NCBI GenBank assembly: GCA_040285855.1
Contig: JAUFOQ010000016.1
Span: 1,426,001-1,490,000, forward strand
Direction of reading: 5' to 3'
DNA from: Eukaryota sp. GEM-RC1
Lineage: Eukaryota
Length of the DNA: 64,000 nucleotides
Numbering within the stretch: position 1 is the stretch's first letter; every line of letters begins with the position of its first letter. This document shows positions 24,081-34,272 of this stretch, in pieces. Under the pieces are notes generated by a model. That model ran no database searches, was not told where the DNA came from, and saw only the letters and a program-made list of their open reading frames with translations. The position numbers and the translations under genes are program-made.

Positions 24081-25130
24081 ATGAACATTCTTGTTGTATT
24101 TCCACTATCTAGCCGATCTGCAATCAGGGCCTCTAGAATCATTGTTCGTTACTTAAAACAAAGCAACTGTACTGTCTTCTGTGAAGACACACATCTTCAG
24201 TTTCTTTTTTCATTCAACCCAAAGTCATTTTCAGCCCTAAGCCCTCCTTCACAGCGTTCTCACAGTCCAATAGACCTAGTAATATCCGTTGGGGATGATA
24301 CCACTGCTGTACATGCTGCATCATTCTTTCCTGATCAAGCCCCTCCTATCCTCGCTTTTTCCATAATTAAATACCCCAACTTCATTGCGAGCTGGTCTAT
24401 GTCTAACTACACAACAATCATTTCTTCAGTTCTTAGCGGACACTATTCTACGTGTTTTAGAACAAGACTACATGTTGACATATTTTTTAATTCATCTTCA
24501 TCCACTTCTGCTGACCGCAGTCACACTGTTTTGTCTGATTTTGTTATTGATCGAGGAACTTTTCAAAGTCTTTGTAATTTGGAGTGCTTCTGTGATGGTC
24601 ACTTTGTTGCCACGTTTCAAGGGGATGGAGTGGTTTTTGCCACTCCTACTGGTTCCCCTTATTACTCAGCAGATGCTGGAGGACCGATCCTCCACCCATC
24701 AGTTCCTGCAATCGTGATGACCCCCATTTGTCCACATTCTCTGTCATTTCGACCTTTGGTTCTCCCTCAGAGCTCAACTATTGAGATTATCGTCTCTGCT
24801 AACAGTCGACATCCTGTATCAATATCATTTGATGGTGGCTTTCGACAACCGCTCAATCCAGGGGACAAAGTTCGGATAACGTCATCAAAGTATTCTGTAC
24901 GTACTGTCTGCTGGAAAACTGTCTTAGAGGATTGGATGCAGAGTTTAAATGTCTCCTGCTGTATAGACTTGGTCCATCTTCATAACGAGGTAAGTGGGCT
25001 GTTTTGTGAGGAAGAGCAAGGGTTGTTGGAGGACCTAGCTGCTGCTTCCAAGGTTCATGCGAGCTCAGCAAGTGATCCATTGAGTCAACGAAAGTTGTTT
25101 GTTGATAATTCAATGGATTGTGCTATATAG
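24081..25130 (+). CDS. NAD kinase family protein with degenerate catalytic motifs
   Basis: VIDRG, QGDG...ATPTGS and AGGP.LHP.VP....TPICPHSLSFRP are present, but GGDGT reads GDDTT and NE reads SD. Confidence 0.85.
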   Translation: MNILVVFPLSSRSAIRASRIIVRYLKQSNCTVFCEDTHLQFLFSFNPKSFSALSPPSQRSHSPIDLVISVGDDTTAVHAASFFPDQAPPILAFSIIKYPNFIASWSMSNYTTIISSVLSGHYSTCFRTRLHVDIFFNSSSSTSADRSHTVLSDFVIDRGTFQSLCNLECFCDGHFVATFQGDGVVFATPTGSPYYSADAGGPILHPSVPAIVMTPICPHSLSFRPLVLPQSSTIEIIVSANSRHPVSISFDGGFRQPLNPGDKVRITSSKYSVRTVCWKTVLEDWMQSLNVSCCIDLVHLHNEVSGLFCEEEQGLLEDLAAASKVHASSASDPLSQRKLFVDNSMDCAI

Positions 25131-25470
25131 TTTGAGAGATGAATTGTTTTTTGTGTATTTATGTATATTATTAGTGGTTTTCTGGAAGGAATTATTGCCA
25201 CGTGGTTGTTGAAGTTGTTGTGTTGAATTCTACGGGAGTATGCTCAGTTTGTTTGTTCAAAAAGCTCTATTGTTACACTTTGTGTCAATTTAAGCACTAC
25301 TTTGGTAAGAAATAGTTGTATAGTGATGTGATCAAGTCTTACCTTTGATGATGAACTGTTGCGGTATTATTGAAAGACCACTACCTTATTGATAAAGTTG
25401 TCCCTTTTGTTATTTTATTTGCTCAAAAAGAGAGAAAAGCGGTTTATACTAGGACTGTGCAGGTTCAAAC

Positions 25471-26461
25471 CATACCTAGAAAATACAAGAGTTGAACAAA
25501 ATACAAAAATACAGATACAGATTAAAATACAAAAATACAAAGGCAATGATGTTGTAGTATCTGTGTTTTTAGTGGTTGTACAAAGACAACAATGATGTTA
25601 AGTGATGGCCTATATGTACATGTATGTGGATTCGTTTCTATTAATACTTAAGTTAAACTATAGTTCCTTCTGTAAATAGAGACTGATCAATTGTCTCTCA
25701 CTCCTAGTCAGACTCATTCTGCTTTTCTTTCTTGTTGGTCAGGTTTTGGCACGTATTTTGTGTCCTGCTTTTGAAGAAACACAATCAAGGAGCAATCCTT
25801 CCTCCAATTATTGCTCGATCTAATCCAGTCAGTGAACGCTAACACGTAACACGGCCTGACACGTAACACGCGTGTTAGGAATTTTCACTAATTTCTAACA
25901 CACAAACAATGGTTATAATATTCGGTCTGAATGACCTAAAAAGGGCTTTTGTTCCTAAAAAATTGAAATGCGACGTTTTAGAAGTCCTCTATAGGGATGT
26001 AGAGTATCGTAGGAATGAATGTGTAGAAGAAATGAGCTATTTATCGTTGAACAAGAAACCAGGAAAAATTCGTTTAACGCAAACACGTAACACGCGTGTT
26101 AACACGTGTCAACACGTGTTAGATTCAATTTTGTTACGTATTAGCGTTCACTGAATCCAGTACACTACTGTAGTTTGCTCATCTGACTTCTATTTTGTTT
26201 GGTGATAAACTACTACAAATACTTCGTCTTGTATCTGGATTGATATCATGTTTATATTTACTTCTTTAAATATCATGAAGAAAAATTGGAGATAACTGAA
26301 CTATTAGTACATCCAAAATAGGTACGTTACAGGTAAGTGAGAGTTCAGAAACCTAGTCCTAAAAAAAATACAGTATCTTAATACTGGGAAAAAAGACAAA
26401 AACACAAATACACGAAATACAAAAATACAGAAAATACAGAAAAGTGTATTTTCCAGGTATG
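25471..26461. mobile_element. hAT-type MITE nested at the left end of the 25450 element
   Basis: TIR CATACCTRGAAAATAC (15/16); TSD GTTCAAAC/TTTCAAAC (7/8); AATAC subterminal repeats as in the 22985 element. Confidence 0.8.
25830..26153. mobile_element. hAT-type MITE nested in the 25471 element
   Basis: TIR CAGTGAACGCTAAYACGTAACA; perfect 8-bp TSD AATCCAGT; AACACG subterminal repeats. Confidence 0.9.
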
Positions 26462-26638
26462 TTTCAAACCAAACCTTTTTTTACCAAACCTATTCAATTT
26501 CAAAAACCCTCTGACTCTGATATAAATCTTATATGAACGATCTTAACGCTTCTGTTGACACATCTGCTCGGTATCCAAACAACTTCTGTTCGTTGTGAAC
26601 AAGTTTGTTCTTCTGCTGGACGCACAGTTACAGAATAT

Positions 26639-26714
26639 TGTTAGTGTCATGACTCATCAGGACCTATTTGTATAATAAATTCACTTTTCTCTATTCATAT
26701 GACTAAGACCAACA
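26639..26714 (+). repeat. 5' LTR (76 bp)
   Basis: TGTTAGTGTC...AAGACCAACA, identical to the 3' copy; contains AATAAA and the polyprotein ATG (26699). Confidence 0.95.
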
Positions 26715-29700
26715 ATAATTATTGTGGCCTCTGCAAAGAGTTGCAATGTATGTGTACTCCGGAGAACTTCACTCCTGGAAACCAAACTAACCCAAACCCT
26801 AGTTCCGTTCTAGGTGAAGATTCCAGTTCCGCCCTGGCTTCTTCCAAGTCTTCCACCGTGAAGGAACTTGGCACAGATGGACTCCCTTGGGATGACACTG
26901 TGGACTATGACATTGTTTCGGATGAAGAACCATCTTCTAATGGAACTTCGAATGAGAAACCATTCTCTATCGAAAACCCAAATGAGGATCCATCCCCCAA
27001 TACAACTATAAACGAGGAACCTTCCTCCAATATTGACGAAAACGAGGAACCATCCTCCAATATTGATGAAAACGAGGAACCATCCTCCAATTTTGACGAA
27101 AACGAGGAACCATCCTCCAAGGTTAATGAAAACGAGGAACCATCCTCCAACAGAACACCTGCTTCTGAGTCAAATCCACCAGTTGGGTGGACCTATCGAC
27201 CTTCGGTAACTCCTCCGCCTATCCCAATAGTACAGAGATCTACACCTCCTATTAGGACACCGGAACCCTTTATTCCGAAATTACCCCCTACACCGTTAGG
27301 TTTCGTAATGCCGGCTAAAGATCCACGAGCACCTCCACCTTTACACGATAAGAGTCCCTGGAGAGAGCTATGGAATGCCGATGTGAAGATGTTTGGGTCT
27401 ATTGATAAAGATCAATGGATTCACTTTCAAAGACAATCAAGAAACAATTCTGAGTCTTACGGTTTTGTAGAGACAGACCAGTACCTACTTAAACCAGCCA
27501 GAACACTAAAAAGATATTGGCAACGCAAAGCTAACGGATATATCCCCCTCGACCCTGAGGTTTCGTACATCCATGACTGTAACGACAGATTGATGGGCTT
27601 TAAAATGGATAAAACTCGTCCAAACTCCCTCGTTACTGTGGAACAAGCTTACAACCTCCTACGGAATCCACTTCCTAAAGATCAAGTAGAGGCGATCGAA
27701 AAACAAGTAGACAACCTCGAAAGATACACCACGGTGAACAGCTTTTTCCATAGAAAACCAACGGTCAATACCGACTCCGCGGATACCGTTCCTCCCTTGG
27801 TAGCCAACACCCCTTATGTGCCCGGCGGATTTGTTTTTGCAAGAAAGCCCCACGCACCGACCACCCCACTTCCCAACGAACTTCCACATGACCACATGCT
27901 GGAAGAGGACCACACTGCTACCAGAGTTGGAGCCCTATCGGTCTCACCTGAACCGGTTACTCCAACTCAATCCAGCTCCAACAGTCCCAACACTGACGTA
28001 ATCACACCGTACTCAGTACTGAAATTCGCTGAACGGTTACCCACTGACTCCTCCAGTGATTTGATCAAGTTGATGAAACCGAAATCACTTCACAATCTGG
28101 ATGACGTTGACGTAATCATTGACTGGATTGCTGATTACATGAGCTTCTGTACCGCCCAGAAGGACTATACACTACCAGCATCCTCACCACTCGGAGATCC
28201 CAAATACTTCTTTGACATTGGTAGGATTGCTGCCAAGGAAGCCGACACTCGTTGGGTCTCTCGACTTGTTGCGTATCCGGTTCAACAACAGATGAACTAT
28301 CTAGGTACAGCAACGACTTCCAGTGATGAACTCTTCCGACAGATCATCTTAAGAACCCAATTTAAGGACATCTTGACCGCAAGAAATAAACTAAACGAAG
28401 TTCAGATGAACTGGTCGATCCAAGATTATGAACAAAGATGGCTCGACTTCATCAAACGATTTGATAAAGTGCTTAACCGAAGTACACTGATTAAATCCCC
28501 CTCGGAACCGTCCTACACGATGCTGGACGAAAGAACCATCATCAAAGCTCTTCTGACTAACATTGGTCTCGCCTCCCTCTACCTAGAACTCTGGCCCAAA
28601 TGGAAAGACTCCAAGGATTTACACTTCTTCTTTTCAACAGTTCTCGAACACTATTACCAATGGTGCAAGAAATGGACAAACGGTCCCACACATGTTCAAC
28701 TTGAACAAAAGAACGTGGAAATTCTCATGCACAGAGACAAGGATTCCTGGAACGACATCCCAAAAGCAATCCAACGCTCAGCATCCAAAATTTTCGCCCC
28801 AGGAAATTTGAAGTCTAAATCATCTTCAAAGAACCCTCACAATGCAGCCCCTCCTTTCAAAAAGAAGCATCGCTCAAACTCATCTGATAGACCTCCTAAA
28901 GATGATAACCGCTGTAGCTTCTGCGACTCCCCGGATCACAAGATAAACCTTTGTAATCATCCTGACTGTCGTAGAAGCGAGCTCCCCGCGGATCAACGTC
29001 TTCCACGATCTGAGGCAAAGAAACCTCCCACTCGTAGTAATAGTCATAGTTCGCGTAAACAAAATAAACATAGTAAGTATTTCGTGCAATCGATAAACAC
29101 TATTCACAAAGATAACACATCTTCGTCGGATTCACATAATCCATACATAAACCCACTCCACAACATCAGTAATTCGAGTGGTACGAACTCACTAAGCCTG
29201 AATTCAATATTCAGCATAATCGATCACCAGGATCCACCACCATTCCTCAGCTGCAGTCTGACCATCAATGGTGTTTCGATTCAGGGTCTTTGGGACAGTG
29301 GAGCATCAATGTCCGTAATCACACGAGACCTGGTCGATAGATGTTCAATGAAGTTCATTAACAAGAACGTACCATTCACATCTGCAAACAACGTCAGATC
29401 TCACTCACTGGGTAGCGCCCAAGGGATCTTGACCTTCAAGTTCAGTAAGGTGACACACCTAACATCTGTGACGAAGACTTTACCTATCATCCCTGGATCC
29501 AACAAATGTTTGTTAGGTATTGATCTCATGAAGCAGTTAGGTTTACTGACTGAAGAGGGACTAATCATCCCGGTTCAACAGACTATGTTAGCTCATAGCA
29601 ACGACGAGTCAGAGTTCGACTCAAACATATCTATGCCCAATAGCCTTTCTATTATAGACAATATAGATTTCAATAAATTTGTTTATGATTCCGGCTGTTC

Positions 29701-32700
29701 AATCAAATTAGATGACGATGATAGAACCAATCGTTTACTGAACCTCCTTAGCGAGTTCTCAACTATCTTCGATTCCGTTCCTCACAAAGATGGCATCAAT
29801 TGTCCACCGATGACAATTGACTTCTACGACGAAGAGTCCACGGTGAAACGAAAACCTCGGAGGCTTAATCCTGTCAAACAAAGGATAGCCGAAGAAACCT
29901 TTCATGAACTAGTACGTTTGGGATACGCTGAGTATACTACACCCAACGGAAAATTCAGCTCCCCGGTAGTACTTGTGGTATACCCCGATCATCGTAAGCC
30001 TAGACTTACGGGTGACTTCAGTGGTACTGGAGGAGTCAACGAACTTACTAAACCTGTCCAACCGAATCTACCGAGAATCGCAGACATACAGGAATTCCTG
30101 AGTGAAGCTAACTACATAGCCACTCTCGACCTGCCAAAAGCATTTTGGCAACTGAATCTCGCAGATCACGAACGCGACAAAACAACTCTAGTTATCCATG
30201 GCCTAGCCATTCGATTTAAACGAGCTTGTTTTGGTCTAAAGAACGTGCCTGCAATCTTTCAAAACTTGATGATGGATATTTTCGACCACGAAGGTATATT
30301 CATCTACATCGATGACATCATCATAGTCGCCAAAACTTTTGATGAATACTTATCTAGAATAAAATTCGTTCTTGAGAGAGCTCAACTCTATAGAGTCAAC
30401 CTTGGCTTACACAAGTGCAAGTTCATAACAAAGAATCATCCTATAACTATCTTAGGTTGCGAATACATCGACAACACTCGTCGAATCGATTCAAAACGTG
30501 TAGAAGCTCTGGTAAACATACCAACACCGACCACCATCAAAGAAGTTCGAAGTTTCGTCGGTTCTATCAACTACATTAAAGATTTCATAGCAGATGCATC
30601 GGACCTACTAGCTCCTATAATAGCCCTAGTAAAGAACAAAGCACGAACAGTTCATTGGACACCTCAACTTCAATCAAATTTTGATGAAATCAAAAGAGGA
30701 TAATCAATCACATGCCACTATGTCTACCAGACAAAGACAGACGCATACTGATCAGCGCAGACGCTAGCGATATCGCCGTAGGTGGTGTCGTATGGCTAGA
30801 ATGCACCCCTCATTCACCTGAGGGAACTCCATTGAACGACCGCAAAGTAGAACCACTAGCATTCTACAGCATTCTACAGCATTCTAGCATTCTACTTATC
30901 AGCAGGGAATTAACGATCTTCACAGATCATAAAAACCTCGCTTACTTAATCTCAGCACCCGAGAAGAATAGGATGGTCAAACGATGGATCCCTATTCTCA
31001 GTGAATACCTATTCACCATAGTCCACACCAGTGGCGAAGACAACCATTGGGCTGACATGATGTCACGCAATGTTATCAAAGACGCAACAACTGAGTCTAT
31101 AAACAACATAGTCACATATTGCCCAGAGCATTTGTTCTCTATAACCGATAGCCGATGTCCTACTGATGAGGATACGGAATATCAAACTTTATCAACAGAG
31201 TCAATCGACATGATTGACGATGCCCTGATCAACAAATCGAAGTTATTCGACGCTTGGCTCTCGAAAGTACGCTCTACACAAGTAGAAGCCATCAAAAATA
31301 ACGACCCATTGTTCCAACACCCGTCTACTTGGTTCAATGAAGAGTTCCAGCTATACATGAATAGCAACAACAAGATCTTGATACCAAGTGCCTTGGTGAA
31401 AACCACCTTGAACCACTTACACGGTTTTCCACATGCAGGTCACCCTAGCATTAAAGATAGCATTGATCGGCTAAAATCTAGTGACTACTTCTGGCCCAGC
31501 ATGATCAACGACATGAAAACTCACTGCAAGCAATGTCCAGCTTGTCAAAAGACAGCTCCCCTTGCCAAAACAACTATCAAATCTTCAGGTAATTTATGGT
31601 CCGACAAACCATTTGCAAAGATGAACGTCGACACAATAGGACCACTTCCCACTGACACATCGGGAAACATTTACTTACTAGTGTTCATAGATTCCTTCAC
31701 CAGATTCACAATCCTATGTCCACTAAAGGAACTGAATGCTCATGAGACAGCATATTCGTTAGTGTGTAACGTTTGTGCCATCTTCGGCATTCCAGATCTC
31801 ATTCATAGTGACAATGGCAAAGAATTTGCTAATCACGTTTTCAATGACGTCTGTAAGCAATTTGACATCACAACTAATAAATCTATACCTAGTTTCTCTC
31901 CTAGCAACGGTTTAGTTGAACGTCGACACAGAGACATTCTACAAGCTTTACGAAAGATGCTCATAGACTTCAATGACTATGACAACTGGAGTAAATACAT
32001 CCCACTAGTACAACTGCTGGTAAACACTACGAAGAGTAGAGTAACCGGCTTTACACCGTACGAACTGATGTTTGGATCTAACACCAACCCTGGTAGTGAT
32101 CCAAGTAAAATCATCTCTTGCCTCACTCAGAACAAGATTTCAGAAGATTCCTTTCTAGCTGATTACCAATCAAAATTAACAAGAATTTTGGAAAAAACGG
32201 GAAGAAGCAGAAACCACCCAATCATCTATCAAATCTTCCATTACTACGGTTGATACTCCCTCGCTATTTGCTATCGGTGACCTAGTACTACGAAGTAACA
32301 AAGCAGCTAAGAAGCTTCATGGCAAACAAGAGGGACCGTACCTCGTCACTGATATACCTTCCAAAAGCTCACTTGAACTGCAGAACTTTGTCACCGGACA
32401 TCGTTTCCGCTCCAGCATTCATCTATGCACCAAGTACCTTTCCGACAAACCCTCCTCCGATGAGTTCCACAAAGCAGTAGCTTCTTGTGACTCTGAAGAG
32501 ATGGTCATCATCGAGATCCTTGATCAACGTGATTCACCTACAGGTCCCATATGTTCCGTCGTATGGTTTGACGGCGACACTACTGAGGAACCCCTGAGTC
32601 TGGTTAAGAACACTAGGGCTTACTCAAGTTTTATTAAACTAAATCCTCACGCCAAACCCAAATCTAAACCCAAAACTAAATCTAGAAGTACGCGTAATAG

Positions 32701-32791
32701 ACAAGCGATCCCTAGTAACACTCCTGATTCCGTCATTCTCACTACTCCACCTGCTAAGAGGACTAGGTCCTCGAAAAAGGGGAAGAAGTAA
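26699..32791 (+). CDS. Gag-Pol polyprotein (apparent frameshifts near 30695 and 32195; RNase H internally deleted)
   Basis: Knuckle CSFCDSPDHKINLC; protease LWDSGAS; RT LDLPKAFWQ, FGLKNVP and YIDD; RNase H ADASD and FTDHKNL; integrase H..H/CPAC, VDT, SDNG and VERRH; EGPY; chromo-like EILDQR..VVWFDG.TTEEP. Confidence 0.92.
27011..27150 (+). repeat. 30-nt coding tandem repeat in the gag N-terminus (NEEPSSNIDE)
   Basis: Five units at 27011, 27041, 27071, 27101 and 27131, plus three degenerate units from 26921. Confidence 0.9.
32773..32788 (+). other. Polypurine tract (plus-strand primer)
   Basis: GAAAAAGGGGAAGAAG, 3 nt upstream of the 3' LTR; it also encodes the terminal KKGKK. Confidence 0.85.
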
Positions 32792-32867
32792 TGTTAGTGT
32801 CATGACTCATCAGGACCTATTTGTATAATAAATTCACTTTTCTCTATTCATATGACTAAGACCAACA
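32792..32867 (+). repeat. 3' LTR (76 bp)
   Basis: Identical to 26639-26714, followed by TSD ATAT. Confidence 0.95.
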
Positions 32868-33588
32868 ATATAGAGCTTCTCTGTCCGATGAAAGTATACA
32901 AGCACTTGTCAGTCTCAAGGATTGGAGAAGATTTGTGTGAAAGAGAAAAATAGCACTACTAGTACTGATACAGTATTTGTGATACTCGAACAATGATGAA
33001 TAATTAAGCTTATCTAGTACCATTGTTAGCAAAAATGTATTTTGACAGTGTTCCACTAAACTACAGTACATATCGATAGTTAATTCATATAAGTTTTACT
33101 GGGTTTTACCAAACCTTGCTGATCCTAAACCTAAAACTTGAAAACCTAGCGGAACCTAAACCAATTTTTGGAAAACCAAACCAAACCCAAACCTGCACAG
33201 TCCTAGTTTATAGCAAAATGTAAACTATAGAATTTTTTCACATCATCATAACTAATGATTCACCTTTCACTTCTTTATTCAACTGAAAAATTGGATTGAC
33301 AGTACTTGCACTTGTAACAGTCAGAAGAGATTACAGTATGGATCCTAGAAGGTTGTCCAGCTTCGTGAAGAAGTCTTTGAGATTACAGAATACATGTAAT
33401 ACATACGTTACGGAATTGTTTTTCCATATATAATATCCGTATTTTAAAGGAGACTCCATTTTACGGAAAGCAACAGTTGGTACCGTACCGTATATATGGC
33501 AATTCCATAAACACATGTGCGCTATTTTTTTGGCTTGACTACCACTGATTCATGATTAATGATGTGATAAAATTATTGCAATAACTTA

Positions 33589-34208
33589 CACTTCAGGAAA
33601 CATTTAGTCTCACTGCAGAATTAGTCTCAGTACAAAATTAGTCTCACTGAGACTAATTTTGAACACTGCTCTTGTGAGACTATATTTGTCCTACAATTTC
33701 AAAAATCCAACAACTTTTTTTTTGGAAAATATCATTGAATAACAATTAAACTGTTCTTTACAGTCTATAGATATACATGTACACTGTACTGTACAAACAA
33801 CAAACAGCTGAAACGAAGTACTTCTGTAAGTTTACACTGTATACAACTGAATCTAGATCTCGTATTATTCTATTTGTGGCCAGGAATACACGTTTTCAGT
33901 AACATTGACTTCCGACACAATTCGAGAATGAGATCAAATTCATGTTCCATCTGATAATCATCAAGAAATAAGTGCACCATCCTGAGTTGAGGGTGACTGA
34001 TTGATTGGAGCCTAGATGATGACGATCATTGGTATGCTAGTGAGCAAATCTGAGTAGTGAAGTCGATCTTAACACTTCAACAATTGTGCAAAATTAGTCT
34101 CAGTACAGAATTAGTCTCACTGAGATTTGGTGAGACTAATTTTGGGATGTTCAAATTAAATCTCGAGTACAGAATTAGTCTCAGTGAGACTAAATGTTTC
34201 CTGAAGTG
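33589..34208. mobile_element. TA-flanked MITE (Tc1/mariner- or CMC-type; superfamily uncertain)
   Basis: Perfect 27-bp TIR CACTTCAGGAAACATTTAGTCTCACTG with TA on both sides; AATTAGTCTCA subterminal repeats. Confidence 0.88.
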
Positions 34209-34272
34209 TAGGTGATTGAGTATTCAGTGGGGATCACTGGTTGGACTTGAAGGAATTAAGCATGCACTTTAT

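Larger units (their letters stand above)
26639..32867 (+). mobile_element. Full-length Ty3/gypsy LTR retrotransposon with a chromodomain-like tail and 76-bp LTRs
   Basis: Identical TG...CA direct repeats at 26639-26714 and 32792-32867; 4-bp TSD ATAT; domain order gag-PR-RT-RH-IN-chromo; polypurine tract before the 3' LTR. Confidence 0.95.
25450..33205. mobile_element. hAT-type MITE hosting nested insertions
   Basis: Perfect 16-bp TIR TAGGACTGTGCAGGTT; 8-bp TSD GTTTATAC/GTTTATAG (7/8); AAACC subterminal repeats near 26465-26490 and 33105-33195. Confidence 0.8.

Noticed and set aside
26921..27150. CRISPR-like array
   Set aside because: It is a 30-nt in-frame coding repeat within gag, with similar rather than unique spacers, in a eukaryotic context without cas genes.
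30690..30712. Programmed gag-pol type frameshift in the retrotransposon
   Set aside because: The break lies between RT and RNase H, not at the gag/pol boundary, and adding one A to an A-run restores the frame.
33408..33510. Small inverted-repeat element (TTACGGAATTG...CAATTCCATAA)
   Set aside because: The arms are short and imperfect with no TSD; possibly an old MITE, but not supportable.
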